DNA of 64,000 nucleotides from a virus: IMG/VR virus record IMGVR_UViG_3300025015_000011, positions 102,690 to 166,689 of that record; one strand, 5' to 3'. Shown piece by piece: positions 63,773 to 64,000 of this stretch (position 1 is its first letter; each line of letters starts with the position of its first letter). The notes under the pieces were generated by a model. It saw only the letters and a program-made list of their open reading frames with translations, ran no database searches and was not told where the DNA came from. The position numbers and the translations under genes were made by a program.

Positions 63773-64000
63773 TTACGCGGCCTTGGGGGCCTTCTTCAGA
63801 TGCTTTGAAACATCTGAAAAAATGGCATTCGCTCTTGCCTTTGCCCAAGCCTCTTCTTTTCCTTCAGTGACATACCTGTTTACTATCTTGGACTTGACGG
63901 TCTCAGCCAGCAAGCCCTTGTGTATCAGGTCCCTTGTCATCTGCTTGTAGGACAGGGAAACTACTTTCTTCTCTGACGCCTTTTCGCTGGTCTTCTTAAT
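63773..64000 (-). CDS. Lys/Ala-rich protein, C-terminal part (runs off window)
   Basis: Open frame ...KKVVSLSYKQMTRDLIHKG...KHLKKAPKAA*. Confidence 0.55.
   Translation of the reverse strand: MKKTSEKASEKKVVSLSYKQMTRDLIHKGLLAETVKSKIVNRYVTEGKEEAWAKARANAIFSDVSKHLKKAPKAA

Noticed and set aside
1-64000. Many short opposite-strand ORFs in the track (e.g. 1112-2156, 14538-15431, 26492-27135, 54427-55654)
   Set aside because: Antisense shadows of well-supported genes; no RBS or recognisable motifs
1-64000. CRISPR array
   Set aside because: No regularly spaced repeat-spacer series seen; the repeats found are coding repeats inside endonucleases
1-64000. Stop-codon reassignment
   Set aside because: Core genes are full length under the standard code and coding density is high

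Overview
AT-rich 64 kb segment of a large T4-like myovirus genome, read mostly on the minus strand. The left half is the late/virion module: gp18 (partial), gp17, gp16, gp15, gp14, gp13, gp23, gp22, gp21, gp20 and gp4, with TATAAATA late promoters. It is interrupted by a plus-strand early island carrying an RpoH-like sigma factor, by two beta-helix spike proteins, and by an ~11 kb insert between the portal and prohead-protease genes. That insert holds an array of genes sharing an N-terminal M-x-F-K-x-[FY]-[IL]-x-E tag that resembles the T4 capsid-targeting sequence, and most of them carry ADP-ribosyltransferase-like motifs. The right half is the replication/nucleotide module: gp52, resolvase, gp45, gp61, gp41, UvsX, ThyX, dNMP kinase, dUTPase, and a family B polymerase fractured by a Ser-type split intein with an endonuclease gene between the halves. 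The window ends in a probable 7-deazaguanine DNA-modification cluster (TGT/DpdA-like, glycosyltransferase, radical SAM/SPASM, QueD-like LxxxHRHxF protein). Other notable elements: homing endonucleases that sit in gene 5' ends and restore a recoded N-terminus, a degenerate tRNA-Tyr, and a multiply-interrupted tRNA-Leu(UAA)-like RNA. All calls come from motif recognition by eye; no searches were run.
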